Source: a virus
IMG/VR virus record: IMGVR_UViG_3300021963_000057
Coordinates: 1-64,000 of that record
Reading direction: 5' to 3' (one strand)
Length of the DNA: 64,000 bases
Below, one piece after another: positions 32,060 through 42,827 of this stretch (the stretch's first letter is position 1; the number at the start of each line of letters is the position of its first letter). Made by a program: the position numbers and the translations under genes. Under the pieces are notes generated by a model. The model was not told where the DNA came from. It saw only the letters and a list, made by a program, of their open reading frames with translations, and did not search any database.

Positions 32060-33075
32060 TGTCAACATATAATCGTGTCATAAGAAAATTGGTTGTCGGA
32101 TTTGGTAATCTGTTTGATAACATTACCTTGTATAGATTTAAACCAGATGAAACAGAATCAGAAAGATTCATTGTTCCTATTACATATGCAAGTAAAGAAC
32201 GTTATGTCATGCGTATTGAACAAGATGCGACACTAGACAAAAAGGTTCAGATAACTTTACCTCGTATGTCATTTGAGATGGCCGGTCTGTCTTATGATTC
32301 TAGTAGAAAACAAAACACAAACATTAAGAATTTTTCTGGAACTCCACCATCAGGAATTTTATCACAATATAATCCAGTACCATACAATTTTGATTTTAAC
32401 TTATACATCTATGTTCGAAATATAGAAGATGGTACACAAATCATTGAACATATATTGCCATTTTTTACACCAGATTATACGATTAAATTGAATTTGATTC
32501 CTGAAATGGGTATCATCAAAGAAGTTCCTGTCATTTTAAATTCCACATCACATGAAATTACATATGAAGGTGGTAGAGAAAATGAAACACGTATGATTGT
32601 TTGGACATTAAACTTTACAGTTAAAGGTTTCATATTTGGTAAGGTTTCAGAAACTGGTGTCATCAACCGTGCATTTGTTTCTGTATACAATCTAGTATCT
32701 CCACAAGAGGTGATTGAATTCTACATGAATTTAGATTCTGGTTTTGGTACCTACAAAGTGGGTGAAACAGTTTATCAAGGTTACACACCAGATGATGCAA
32801 CAGCAACAGCTGTTGTAGTACAATTCACCGATAACGTATTGAGACTAAAAGAACTAACAGGAAACTTCGTGTCAGATAAACCTATATACGGAATTAACAC
32901 ATTGGCAAACTATAACTTTACATCATACAACTTGAACCCATTGAAATTCGTTGAAGTTGATTCTGTTGGCAGAGTTAGTACAGATATCGACTATATGTCT
33001 GTTGATAAAGAAGATGCTAAGGCTGATAATACATTGGCTGAAGTCACAACAATCAACAAGGCTGCAAACCAATAA
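32059..33075 (+). CDS. gp15: Tail sheath stabiliser/completion protein gp15
   Basis: IRKLVVGFGNLF, LPRMSFEM, PVPYN, QIIEHILPFFTPDY, WTLNFTVKG. Confidence 0.92.
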   Translation: MSTYNRVIRKLVVGFGNLFDNITLYRFKPDETESERFIVPITYASKERYVMRIEQDATLDKKVQITLPRMSFEMAGLSYDSSRKQNTNIKNFSGTPPSGILSQYNPVPYNFDFNLYIYVRNIEDGTQIIEHILPFFTPDYTIKLNLIPEMGIIKEVPVILNSTSHEITYEGGRENETRMIVWTLNFTVKGFIFGKVSETGVINRAFVSVYNLVSPQEVIEFYMNLDSGFGTYKVGETVYQGYTPDDATATAVVVQFTDNVLRLKELTGNFVSDKPIYGINTLANYNFTSYNLNPLKFVEVDSVGRVSTDIDYMSVDKEDAKADNTLAEVTTINKAANQ

Positions 33076-33093
33076 ACAAAACGAGAGAATTAA

Positions 33094-35085
33094 ATGTCTA
33101 AACAAACTATTAATATTGGTATTAGAGCAAATGATGGTAAAGGTGATTCATTACGAGTTGCTTTTACTAAAACAAATAACAACTTCACTGAGTTGTATAC
33201 CACAGTTGCAAATAATTCTAATACATCAAACACCTACTATGAAACCAACCAAGAGTTGGCACAGAATGCTTACAACAAGGCAAACACCGCATCACTAGGT
33301 GACATTTTGTTTGACCACACAACGATGTATAGTAATACTCACGTTGAAGTTGGTAATGACCACCATGGCCGCAGAGCATGGGGTTTAACATTTGGCCAAA
33401 CAACAACAGTTGCAAATAGTGTTTTTGGTACCAGTGTTGCATTTGATACTGCAAATAATATTTTGGTTGCAATGACAACTCCAAATGAAGTTACGGGTCT
33501 ACCACAATCAACAGTTATTAAATTTGATCCATATGGATCAATTTTCTGGAGAAAATCGGTACCAGCATCAAACGTAAACAATACATTACTACCAAGTTAT
33601 GCCGAATCTGTTGCTGTTGATGCAAACAACAACGTGTATCTATTAACAAATATACCAGATGATTCATCAACACTGGTAACCAAGTTTAACTATCTTGGTC
33701 AAAATGTATGGAATACCTTAATTTCTGATTCTATTGGTTCAACTGAAATTGTTGTTGATGACCAAGAATTTCCATACTACATTGGTCAACACAATTTAAT
33801 TACAGGTTTAGATATTACAGGTGAATTATATTTCACACACTTTAATGCAGGTATAGGTAATGCATATTCTATTATTACATTACCAACTGCATATAGTGGA
33901 GGTGGTGTGTTGGTTGGTTCGGATAATGGTCATGTACACAAGTTTGATACAGAAGGTGTTTATTTGTGGTCAAACGAAGTTGATTCTGGTGGAAATCACA
34001 TCGTATCATTAACTTATGATACCTCAAATAATTGGTATGCAGCAACAAACACAAACATTTATAAGTTTAGAGCCAACAATCAATTAATTTGGGAAAAAGA
34101 AATAACAGGATTAAATGCAAATCTTTCCGCAATTAAATATAGTGGTGATTATTTGTATGCAACACAAACAGGTACAGTAGAAAATAATGAAAGAGGTTTT
34201 GTAAACTATAAGTTACATGCAGCAAACGGAGAACTTGTTTGGGCAAATGCATTACAAATACCTTACGTTGATAATGAACACCGAAATGGTTACCGAAACT
34301 TTGATGTTAAAGGTGACTTCATGGTTGGTGTTGGCCATGCTTCTTTTGATGTAGATGTTGCAACAATATACCAATTACCCGTTGATGGTACTTTGGCAGG
34401 AACTTATTTTGGTGCTCAGTCTACGAAGTGGGCTGAAGGTAATCCTATAGAATTTACATACGTTACTGTACCAGAAGCTGGAACTACAACAAGTTCAACA
34501 GTTGGTTCAGGCAATACAACAATAACTATTGCAGAGAATACCAACTATTCTTACACAATGAATACTGTTGTATATCAAAACCCAAGTCCAGAAAACGAAG
34601 AAACATTAACATATTTCACACAAAATTGGGACTTCACTGGAGACGGAACATTAGTTATTCCATCTTCTGGTTCTGATTTGGCAATAGAGTTTAGCGGTAA
34701 AGGTGTTGCTAACGTTGGTTCAATCACTGCTAGAACTGCTGCAGCGACATGGAATGGAAATACTTCATTTGAATTAGATGTTACTGCATTAATTAATAAA
34801 TTAACACCACAACTAGGTGATGGTGGTGAACAATATCACTTAGCGGATGGCGTTGAAGGTCAAATAATGTATATTGTTCCAGGAACTGGTGGCGAGATGA
34901 ATAATCAATTCACAACTATGTCTTTTGATAATGCAAGATGGTCTAATGGTAATGGTGTGATTAATGAAAATACATCAGTGTCTTGGTGGTTGCCATTTCA
35001 AAACCCAAATGGTGGCAGTACTGCTGTACTAACTTTGATATTCACTGACGGCGCTTGGAACCTACCACACAACTGGTTCGATTAA
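33094..35085 (+). CDS. Structural protein with gp9/gp10-type N-terminal anchor and beta-propeller-like repeats
   Basis: MSKQTINIGIRANDGKGDSLRVAFTKTNNNFTELY; repeated VA.D.NNN.Y..KFD..G...W motifs. Confidence 0.65.
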   Translation: MSKQTINIGIRANDGKGDSLRVAFTKTNNNFTELYTTVANNSNTSNTYYETNQELAQNAYNKANTASLGDILFDHTTMYSNTHVEVGNDHHGRRAWGLTFGQTTTVANSVFGTSVAFDTANNILVAMTTPNEVTGLPQSTVIKFDPYGSIFWRKSVPASNVNNTLLPSYAESVAVDANNNVYLLTNIPDDSSTLVTKFNYLGQNVWNTLISDSIGSTEIVVDDQEFPYYIGQHNLITGLDITGELYFTHFNAGIGNAYSIITLPTAYSGGGVLVGSDNGHVHKFDTEGVYLWSNEVDSGGNHIVSLTYDTSNNWYAATNTNIYKFRANNQLIWEKEITGLNANLSAIKYSGDYLYATQTGTVENNERGFVNYKLHAANGELVWANALQIPYVDNEHRNGYRNFDVKGDFMVGVGHASFDVDVATIYQLPVDGTLAGTYFGAQSTKWAEGNPIEFTYVTVPEAGTTTSSTVGSGNTTITIAENTNYSYTMNTVVYQNPSPENEETLTYFTQNWDFTGDGTLVIPSSGSDLAIEFSGKGVANVGSITARTAAATWNGNTSFELDVTALINKLTPQLGDGGEQYHLADGVEGQIMYIVPGTGGEMNNQFTTMSFDNARWSNGNGVINENTSVSWWLPFQNPNGGSTAVLTLIFTDGAWNLPHNWFD

Positions 35086-35100
35086 AATAAATAAAAAACT

Positions 35101-35520
35101 ATGAATACATTTGACAAAAACATGGAAAAATTATTTGATGTAACACCGGTCGAACAAGAGGCAAAGCCTTTGGTGCCGGTGGTTACCACACCAGTTGAAG
35201 ATGGTCCTGATTTAAAAACAGACTTGCATGATGCATATCAACAAACAAAAGACAATCTACAAGAACTAATTGATAATGGCAAAGATGCAATGGAAGAATT
35301 GCGACAGATTGCTGCAGCAGGACAACATCCACGTGCGTTTGAAGTCTATGCAACATTACTAAAGAACGTGGTTGATGCAAACAAAGAACTACTTGCAGTG
35401 CAAAAACAAATGCGTACCATGGATGGTAAGCCTAGAGAAGGTGATACCAAAATTGATAAAGCCATTTTTGTTGGTTCAACCGCAGAATTAAATAAATTCC
35501 TCAAAGGTAAAGATGAGTGA
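35101..35520 (+). CDS. gp16: Terminase small subunit gp16
   Basis: HPRAFEV and IFVGSTAELNKFL; directly upstream of gp17. Confidence 0.9.
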   Translation: MNTFDKNMEKLFDVTPVEQEAKPLVPVVTTPVEDGPDLKTDLHDAYQQTKDNLQELIDNGKDAMEELRQIAAAGQHPRAFEVYATLLKNVVDANKELLAVQKQMRTMDGKPREGDTKIDKAIFVGSTAELNKFLKGKDE

Positions 35521-37201
35521 TTTAAGAAACGGCGAAGCATACCGTGACAATCCTTTACTTAAAAAGGCAGGTGTCAAGGTAGAATATACAGAAGAACAAG
35601 TTGCTGAGTATATTAAATGTTCTAAAGACCCTGTTTATTTTGCCAAGAATTATGTGAAGATTGTTAACGTTGACGAAGGTCTAATCAACTTTAAGATGTG
35701 GCCATTCCAAGAAAAGATGTTGAAACTTTTTAAGGACAATCGTTTCGTAATTACCAAATGTCCTCGACAAGTTGGTAAAACTACCACAACCGTTGCATAC
35801 ATGTTATGGGCAACCATCTTTACAGACAGTCAAAACTGTGCAGTTCTAGCCAACAAGGGTTCTCTTGCAAGAGATATTTTATCCAAATACCAACTTGCAT
35901 ACGAAAACTTACCTATGTGGTTGCAACAAGGTATTGTGACCTGGAACAAAGGTAACGTTGAATTGGAGAACGGTTCTAAGATTGTTGCAGCATCTACATC
36001 AAGTTCTGCAATTCGTGGAGGTTCTTTTAACATCGTATTTTTGGATGAATTTGCGTTCGTTCCAAACAATATTGCGGAAGAATTCTTTAACTCTGTTTAC
36101 CCTGTAATTTCATCAGGTAAAAAGACAAAAATTATTATTGTGTCTACACCAAATGGTATGAATCTATTCTACAAGTTATGGATGGACTCAATCAATAAGA
36201 AAAACAACTATGTGAATTTTGAAATTCATTGGTCACACGTACCAGGCCGTGACGAAAAGTGGAAAGAAGAAACCATTCGTAACACTTCCGAAAGACAGTT
36301 TGCACAAGAGTTTGAAACAGAATTTTTGGGTTCTTCCAACACATTGATTTCTGGATACAAATTACAACAATTGGTATACATTGACCCTATTGCAAACCAT
36401 GACCTATTAAAAATTTACGAACATCCGGTTAGAGAAGGTGTCAATGAATCCAAATCAGACCACCTGTATGCAATTACGGTTGACGTTTCAGAAGGTAAGA
36501 ACCTTGACAGTTCAGCCTTCTCTGTAATTGATATCTCACAGACACCATACAAACAAGTGGCAACTTATAAGAGTTCGTCAATTACACCCATTCTTTTTCC
36601 AACTGTGATTTATAATACCGCAAGATATTACAATGATGCGTATGTACTCGTAGAAATTAATAACAACCCACAGGTGGCAGATTCGTTACATGCGGATTTT
36701 GAATATGAAAATCTATGGAAGATATTTACAGGCAATAAGAAGCCCCAACAATTATCAGCAGGTTTTGCCCGTGGTGTCCAGATGGGTCTAAAAATGTCAC
36801 CGCAAGTCAAGGCAATTGGTTGTTCAAACCTTAAGACTTTGATTGAAGGTGACAAATTACTAATACAGGATTTTGATACATACTCAGAGTTGACCACTTT
36901 TATTCAACAGAAGAACTCTTTTTCTGCGGAAGAAGGTGCAAACGATGACATGGTTATGTCTTTGGTGATGTTTTCGTGGGTAACAACCCAACAATATTTT
37001 AAAGAAATTGTTAATCACGATATTCGTAAACAAATTCAATTGGAGAATATGAACCAGATGGACGATGATGTTCTACCGGCTCCAATTATAGAAGATGGTT
37101 TAGAACATGATTTTGAAATTGTTGGTGGTGATATGTGGGAACTTGCAGACGGTGGAGAAACGTATGCGAAGTTTATGAGAAACAGATTGGAAAGGTTATA
37201 A
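35513..37201 (+). CDS. gp17: Terminase large subunit gp17
   Basis: Walker A PRQVGKTT, Walker B FLDEFAF, STPNG, nuclease DVSEG and DDMVMSL. Confidence 0.97.
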   Translation: MSDLRNGEAYRDNPLLKKAGVKVEYTEEQVAEYIKCSKDPVYFAKNYVKIVNVDEGLINFKMWPFQEKMLKLFKDNRFVITKCPRQVGKTTTTVAYMLWATIFTDSQNCAVLANKGSLARDILSKYQLAYENLPMWLQQGIVTWNKGNVELENGSKIVAASTSSSAIRGGSFNIVFLDEFAFVPNNIAEEFFNSVYPVISSGKKTKIIIVSTPNGMNLFYKLWMDSINKKNNYVNFEIHWSHVPGRDEKWKEETIRNTSERQFAQEFETEFLGSSNTLISGYKLQQLVYIDPIANHDLLKIYEHPVREGVNESKSDHLYAITVDVSEGKNLDSSAFSVIDISQTPYKQVATYKSSSITPILFPTVIYNTARYYNDAYVLVEINNNPQVADSLHADFEYENLWKIFTGNKKPQQLSAGFARGVQMGLKMSPQVKAIGCSNLKTLIEGDKLLIQDFDTYSELTTFIQQKNSFSAEEGANDDMVMSLVMFSWVTTQQYFKEIVNHDIRKQIQLENMNQMDDDVLPAPIIEDGLEHDFEIVGGDMWELADGGETYAKFMRNRLERL

Positions 37202-37268
37202 AACCAGCCTTTCATAAATACTCTTATGGTATTTTGCCAAAAGAACATAATAATTCAAGGAGAATAAA

Positions 37269-38960
37269 ATGGCATTTCAAATCTCTCCAGGCGTAAATGT
37301 AGCTGAGGTGGATGCAACAACAGTTGTACCCGCAGTTCAACAGACCGCTGGTGCATTTGCTGGAAACTTCCAATGGGGTCCAGCAGACAAGGTAAAACAA
37401 ATAGATAGTGAAATAACACTTGTAAGTACATACGGTAAACCTAATTCAGACTCAGCAGTATCATTTTTTACAGCTGCAAACTTCTTGTCTTATGGTAACA
37501 ACTTAAGTATTGTGCGTTCTATTGGTGCATTAGCAAACAATGCAACCGATGGTAGTACATTGAATGTACAAATTAAAAACGAAGACGTTTATGAAGCTTC
37601 ATATTTGTTAAGTGACAATGGCAACGACTATGGTCCGTTTGCAGCTCGTTATGCAGGTTTATTAGGTAACTCTCTGACTGTACACGTTTGTGCAAACACA
37701 ACAACATATAGCACATGGGCATACAAAAACTATTTCACATCAGCGCCAGGTACATCAGACTTTGCAGATTCTGTGAATGGATCAGATGACGAAATGCATA
37801 TTGTGGTTGTTGACACAGACGGTTTATTTACAGGTTCAGCTGGTTCAATTTTAGAAACATATGGTTTCGTTTCAGCTGCTTCTGATGCTGTAATTAACGG
37901 TGTTACAAATTACTATAAACAAGTTATTTTTAATAACTCAAGATATATCTATGCAATGGATCCTGTTGATTATGCAACAACATCTGCGACATGGGGCACC
38001 ACAGCTGCAGGCAAAACTTTTGCGAGACCAGCAACCAACCAAACAGTGAGTTTGACTACAGGTTCTTCTGTAAATCCTACAGACGGAAACATACAATCAT
38101 CTTACGATTTGTTTGCAAATAAAGAAGCTATTGATGTTGCATTGGTGTTGTCAGGTGGCCATTCAATTACAGTCCAACAATATGTTATAGACAATATTGC
38201 AGTTGGTCGTGCTGATTGTGTTGCCTTCATTTCTCCAAGATATGCAGACGTTGTAAACAAAGCAGGTCAAGAAACCACTAATATCGAAGACTGGTTAACA
38301 ACACTGTCAAGAAGTTCTTCTTACGTTGTTGCCGACTCTGGTTGGAAATATCAATTTGACAAGTACAACAACACATACCGTTGGATTCCATTGAATGGCG
38401 ATGTTGCTGGTCTATGTGTATACACAGATAATATTCGTGACCCATGGTTCTCTCCAGCAGGTTTCAACCGTGGTTCAATTAAGAACTGCATTAAGTTGGC
38501 ATGGAATCCAAATAAATCATACCGTGACACATTGTATGCCGCAGGTGTAAACCCTGTTGTATCTTTCCCTGGTCAAGGTACAGTGTTGTTTGGTGACAAA
38601 ACATTGTTGAACAAACCATCTGCATTTGACAGAATCAACGTTCGCCGTTTGTTCATCACACTTGAGAAAGCAATTGCACAAGCTGCTAAGTTCTCAATGT
38701 TCGAATTGAATGATGAGTTTACTAGAGCACAATTCATCGCTTTAGTATCACCATTCTTGCGTGACATTCAAGGCCGCCGTGGTTTAACAGACTTTAGAGT
38801 TGTTTGCGATGCAACAAATAACACACAACAAGTTATTGATAGTAACCAATTTGTTGGTGATATCTACATTAAACCTGCACGCTCTGTCAACTACATTCAG
38901 TTGAACTTTGTCGCTGTTGGCACTGGTGTTGACTTCGTAACAATCGTTGGCGCAGCTTAA
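37269..38960 (+). CDS. gp18: Tail sheath protein gp18
   Basis: SPGV, FQWGP, FLSYGNNL, PWFSPAGFNRG, SAFDRINVRRLF, KPARSVNYIQLNFVA. Confidence 0.96.
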   Translation: MAFQISPGVNVAEVDATTVVPAVQQTAGAFAGNFQWGPADKVKQIDSEITLVSTYGKPNSDSAVSFFTAANFLSYGNNLSIVRSIGALANNATDGSTLNVQIKNEDVYEASYLLSDNGNDYGPFAARYAGLLGNSLTVHVCANTTTYSTWAYKNYFTSAPGTSDFADSVNGSDDEMHIVVVDTDGLFTGSAGSILETYGFVSAASDAVINGVTNYYKQVIFNNSRYIYAMDPVDYATTSATWGTTAAGKTFARPATNQTVSLTTGSSVNPTDGNIQSSYDLFANKEAIDVALVLSGGHSITVQQYVIDNIAVGRADCVAFISPRYADVVNKAGQETTNIEDWLTTLSRSSSYVVADSGWKYQFDKYNNTYRWIPLNGDVAGLCVYTDNIRDPWFSPAGFNRGSIKNCIKLAWNPNKSYRDTLYAAGVNPVVSFPGQGTVLFGDKTLLNKPSAFDRINVRRLFITLEKAIAQAAKFSMFELNDEFTRAQFIALVSPFLRDIQGRRGLTDFRVVCDATNNTQQVIDSNQFVGDIYIKPARSVNYIQLNFVAVGTGVDFVTIVGAA

Positions 38961-38985
38961 TAAATAAACGATATAGGAGAAAACA

Positions 38986-39528
38986 ATGGCATTTAATGTA
39001 GCAGAATTCAGAGCTAATATGATTGGAGACGGCGCACGTCCTAATCTATTCTCTGTCTCTTTAATATTCCCTTCAAACGTATCGAACTCAACAGCTGCAG
39101 GTCAAAAACTAACCTTTATGGCCAAGACAGCTCAATTACCAGGTTCGTCAATTGGTACTGTTCCAGTGTATTACTTTGGCCGTGAAATGAAATTTCCTGG
39201 CAATAGAACATTCGCTGATTGGACATTAACCATCATCAATGATGAAGATTTCGTGATTAGAAATTCTTTAGAAAACTGGATGAATTCTATCAACAGTCAT
39301 GCAACCAATGTAAGAAGTGGTGCAGCCAGAAATTCTAACGGATATTCTGTTGACGCAAACGTTATTCAATATGGTAAAACAGGTAACGAATTGAAAAAAT
39401 ATAAATTCGTTGGTATGTTCCCATTAGATTTGGCACCAATCGACCTAGATTGGGGTTCAAATGACTCAATTGAAGAATTCACTTGTACGTTTGCATACCA
39501 ATTCTGGGAAACAGACACAACATCTTGA
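38986..39528 (+). CDS. gp19: Tail tube protein gp19
   Basis: GARPNLF, GNRTFADWT.TIINDEDF, IEEFTCTFAYQFW. Confidence 0.95.
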   Translation: MAFNVAEFRANMIGDGARPNLFSVSLIFPSNVSNSTAAGQKLTFMAKTAQLPGSSIGTVPVYYFGREMKFPGNRTFADWTLTIINDEDFVIRNSLENWMNSINSHATNVRSGAARNSNGYSVDANVIQYGKTGNELKKYKFVGMFPLDLAPIDLDWGSNDSIEEFTCTFAYQFWETDTTS

Positions 39529-39535
39529 TATATGA

Positions 39536-39567
39536 GGGAGGCCCGTTAGGGTCTCCCATGTTTTTTT
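39536..39567 (+). terminator. Intrinsic terminator after gp19
   Basis: GGGAGGCCC-GTTA-GGGTCTCCC stem followed by ATG and a T7 run. Confidence 0.75.
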
Positions 39568-39589
39568 GATTTTATAATTACACACAAAT

Positions 39590-41341
39590 ATGGCAAATAA
39601 CACAAATAAATTTTCATTGTTCGGTTTTACTATTTCTCGTCAGAAGGATGAGGAAGATGCAATCGTCCAACAATCATTTGCACCACCAACGCAAGACGAT
39701 GGGGCATTAACTATTACATCTGCCGCTTATTACGGCACATACGTTGACCTTGACGGTACCGCAAAGAATGAGGTGGAACTTATTTCTCGTTACCGTGAAA
39801 TGGCAATGCAACCTGAAATAGAATCTGCAATAGATGATATAGTTAATGAAGCCATTGTGCAAGACGATGATGGTAAAATAACACAAATCATTTTGGATGA
39901 TTTGAAAGTAAATGACAAAATCAAAAAAGCCATCAAAGAAGAATTCAATACCGTTTTACGTATGTTGGATTATAGAAAAATGGCCCAAGATATTTTCCGC
40001 CGTTACTATGTTGATGGTAGAATGTATTATCACATCATTATTGACCGTGAGAATCCACAAGAAGGTATCAAAGAACTTCGTTACATAGACCCACGTAGAT
40101 TACGTAAGGTCCGTGAAATGAAGAAACAAAAGGATGAAAGAACTGGTGCAGATATTATGCAACCAGTCAACGAATACTATATCTACAACGACAAAGTTGT
40201 TAGTGGTAGTGCATCCAATTTTGGTCCTGTTGGTGTTCGTATTACAACAGACTCTATTATTTCGGTGGTATCGGGCCTTATGGACTCCCGCCGTGCCGTG
40301 GTGTTATCATATCTACACAAAGCAATCAAGCCTCTTAATCAATTAAGGATGATTGAAGATGCAACTGTTATCTATCGTATTTCACGTGCTCCTGAGCGCC
40401 GCATTTTTTATATTGACGTTGGTAATTTGCCTAAGTTAAAAGCAGAACAATACCTACGTGATATCATGGTCAAGTATAAAAACAAACTTGTGTATGATGC
40501 GAACACAGGTGAAGTGCGTGATGACCGTAAGTTCATGTCTATGATGGAAGACTTTTGGTTACCACGTAGAGAAGGTGGCAAAGGCACAGAGATTACTACA
40601 CTACCAGGTGGACAAAACCTAGGTGAGTTGGAAGACGTTAAATACTTTCAAAAGAAACTGTATGGTGCCTTGTGTGTTCCAATCTCCAGGTTAGAACCTA
40701 ATCAAGGATTCTCACTTGGTCGTTCATCAGAAATTACACGTGATGAATTGAAGTTCTCTAAGTTTGTGGACAGACTAAGAAACAAATTCTCCGATGTATT
40801 CAACCAAGCCTTGCGTGTACAGTGTGTACTAAAAGGTATCTGTACAGATGAAGAATGGGAATTGTTTAGAGAAAACATTCATTATGATTTCATCAAAGAT
40901 AATAATTTCTCCGAATTAAAAGAAGCGGAATTAATTTCACAACGATTATCTCTACTTCAATCGGTTGATCCATATACTGGTCGTTACTTCTCACAAAAAT
41001 GGATTCAACAAAATGTGTTGCGTCTAACAGATGATGAGATTGCTGAAATGGATTCAGAGATTGAAAAAGAAAAAGAAATGGGTCTTGGATTACCAGTCTC
41101 AGTAACAAATGATGTTGCACAACAACAAATGATGGGACAAGTTCAGACCGACCAAATGGTACAACAATCAGAATTAATGCCTGATAATGCACCGACTGGT
41201 GGTTCCAGTTCTGGTGGTGATACTTCATCATCAAAAAGTAAACCAAAAGAAAAAAGTTCCAGTGGATCAAAATCAGTTAAAGGTGACCTCAGCTTAGAAG
41301 AAGTTGAAACAACGTTTACTAGATTAAAACGTATTTTATAA
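39590..41341 (+). CDS. gp20: Portal protein gp20
   Basis: YRISRAPERRIFYIDVGNLPK, MMEDFWLPRREGGKGTEITTLPGGQNLG. Confidence 0.97.
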   Translation: MANNTNKFSLFGFTISRQKDEEDAIVQQSFAPPTQDDGALTITSAAYYGTYVDLDGTAKNEVELISRYREMAMQPEIESAIDDIVNEAIVQDDDGKITQIILDDLKVNDKIKKAIKEEFNTVLRMLDYRKMAQDIFRRYYVDGRMYYHIIIDRENPQEGIKELRYIDPRRLRKVREMKKQKDERTGADIMQPVNEYYIYNDKVVSGSASNFGPVGVRITTDSIISVVSGLMDSRRAVVLSYLHKAIKPLNQLRMIEDATVIYRISRAPERRIFYIDVGNLPKLKAEQYLRDIMVKYKNKLVYDANTGEVRDDRKFMSMMEDFWLPRREGGKGTEITTLPGGQNLGELEDVKYFQKKLYGALCVPISRLEPNQGFSLGRSSEITRDELKFSKFVDRLRNKFSDVFNQALRVQCVLKGICTDEEWELFRENIHYDFIKDNNFSELKEAELISQRLSLLQSVDPYTGRYFSQKWIQQNVLRLTDDEIAEMDSEIEKEKEMGLGLPVSVTNDVAQQQMMGQVQTDQMVQQSELMPDNAPTGGSSSGGDTSSSKSKPKEKSSSGSKSVKGDLSLEEVETTFTRLKRIL

Positions 41342-41354
41342 TTAGGAGATAAAA

Positions 41355-41567
41355 ATGCCAACAGCAAGAGAAATCATAGATTATGCAGAAACAGACAATG
41401 CGGTTGAAATGCGTGATGCATTATATGCTGCACTACATGATAGAGTTATGTCTCATATCGAAACACATAAAGCAGAAGTTGCAAAACAACTGATGAATCC
41501 AGAAGGTGCAACCGCTGAAGATGAAGTTGTGTATGCATCAGAACCTGCCGCAACAGAAGCAGAATAA
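41355..41567 (+). CDS. Prohead core protein (gp67-like)
   Basis: Small acidic protein directly after the portal; assignment is by position. Confidence 0.55.
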   Translation: MPTAREIIDYAETDNAVEMRDALYAALHDRVMSHIETHKAEVAKQLMNPEGATAEDEVVYASEPAATEAE

Positions 41568-41579
41568 TTTTGACACTGG

Positions 41580-41587
41580 TATAAATA
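41580..41587 (+). promoter_or_regulatory. T4-type late promoter TATAAATA
   Basis: Exact gp55 consensus upstream of 41614. Confidence 0.8.
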
Positions 41588-41613
41588 TTATTCAAACATA
41601 ACAGGAATTACAA

Positions 41614-42135
41614 ATGTCAAATTCATTTACATATCAAGTAATAAAGGATACCACAGAACATACAGTTATTAAATTAACCGGTTCTTTTGATGGTACAGGC
41701 CAAGAAGCCAATGCTGTTCGTATTCAAGCAAATACACTATACGGTGCAATGGATACTTCTAAAGGTAACTTACTTTCTTCTAGTGCAAATACAGGTGCAT
41801 TAGATTTTTACGGTTTATCTGTATATCGTTTATGGTATGACTGTGCATCTGGTGGTGACGTAACACTTTCTTGGAACGCAGCAACACCATTGCCTATATT
41901 TGTAATGAATGGTAACGGTGAATATGATTCTGCTGGTAACTGGGTAACAATACCAAACAACGCAAAAGGTACCACCGGATGCAAAGGTGATATTGCTGTT
42001 ACAACTAGAGGTATGGCAGCAAATGATAGTTACACAATGATTTTGGAATTACGTAAAGACAACGAACATTATCAACGTGGTCATTTGAGTGATCCAGCTG
42101 CGTTTAACTATGGCCCATATGCCATGAAACCATAA
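41614..42135 (+). CDS. Conserved hypothetical head-module protein
   Basis: Between gp67-like and gp21, with its own late promoter; beta-rich. Confidence 0.7.
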   Translation: MSNSFTYQVIKDTTEHTVIKLTGSFDGTGQEANAVRIQANTLYGAMDTSKGNLLSSSANTGALDFYGLSVYRLWYDCASGGDVTLSWNAATPLPIFVMNGNGEYDSAGNWVTIPNNAKGTTGCKGDIAVTTRGMAANDSYTMILELRKDNEHYQRGHLSDPAAFNYGPYAMKP

Positions 42136-42145
42136 GGTAACAATA

Positions 42146-42790
42146 ATGAAACTCATACGAGAACTTACCGAATCGGTACAATACTTAACGGAAGAAAAAG
42201 ATGGAAAGAAAACACTTTACATCGAAGGTCCGTTTCTAGTAGCAGAAGCAGTTAACAAAAACAAACGCATGTACAAAGAAGAAACAATGCGTAATGAAGT
42301 TAACCGTTACAACGAAGAATACATTTCTAAAAATCGTGCCTTTGGTGAACTGGGACATCCAGACACCCCATCCATTAATCTTGACCGTGTATCACACTTA
42401 ATTGTTGGTCTGCGTCAAGAAGGAAATGCTTGGATAGGCAAAGCAAAAATTCTTGAAACCCCTATGGGTAACATTGCAAGAAATCTTATTGAAGGTGGGG
42501 CACAACTTGGTGTATCATCTAGAGGTATGGGTTCTCTTAAAATGGAAAACGGCATCAATGTCGTTCAAGGAGACTTTCATCTGGCCACAGCGGCAGATAT
42601 TGTAGCAGACCCTTCTGCACCTGGTGCTTTTGTGCAAGGTATTATGGAAGGTAAGGAATGGATGTTAGTTAATGGTATCTGGACAGAACAACATTACGAT
42701 GTTGCTAAACAGGAAATCAAACAAGCATCAAGCAAAGATATTGAAGCAGTAAGCTTAAAAATCTTTGAAAACTTCCTTAAAAAACTTTAA
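42146..42790 (+). CDS. gp21: Prohead protease gp21
   Basis: RAFGELGHP, LGVSSRGMGSL, DIVADPSAPGAFV. Confidence 0.96.
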   Translation: MKLIRELTESVQYLTEEKDGKKTLYIEGPFLVAEAVNKNKRMYKEETMRNEVNRYNEEYISKNRAFGELGHPDTPSINLDRVSHLIVGLRQEGNAWIGKAKILETPMGNIARNLIEGGAQLGVSSRGMGSLKMENGINVVQGDFHLATAADIVADPSAPGAFVQGIMEGKEWMLVNGIWTEQHYDVAKQEIKQASSKDIEAVSLKIFENFLKKL

Positions 42791-42791
42791 A

Positions 42792-42799
42792 TATAAATA
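42792..42799 (+). promoter_or_regulatory. T4-type late promoter TATAAATA
   Basis: Exact consensus upstream of gp22. Confidence 0.8.
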
Positions 42800-42827
42800 T
42801 CCAATATAAATCAAGGAGATTCTCAAA

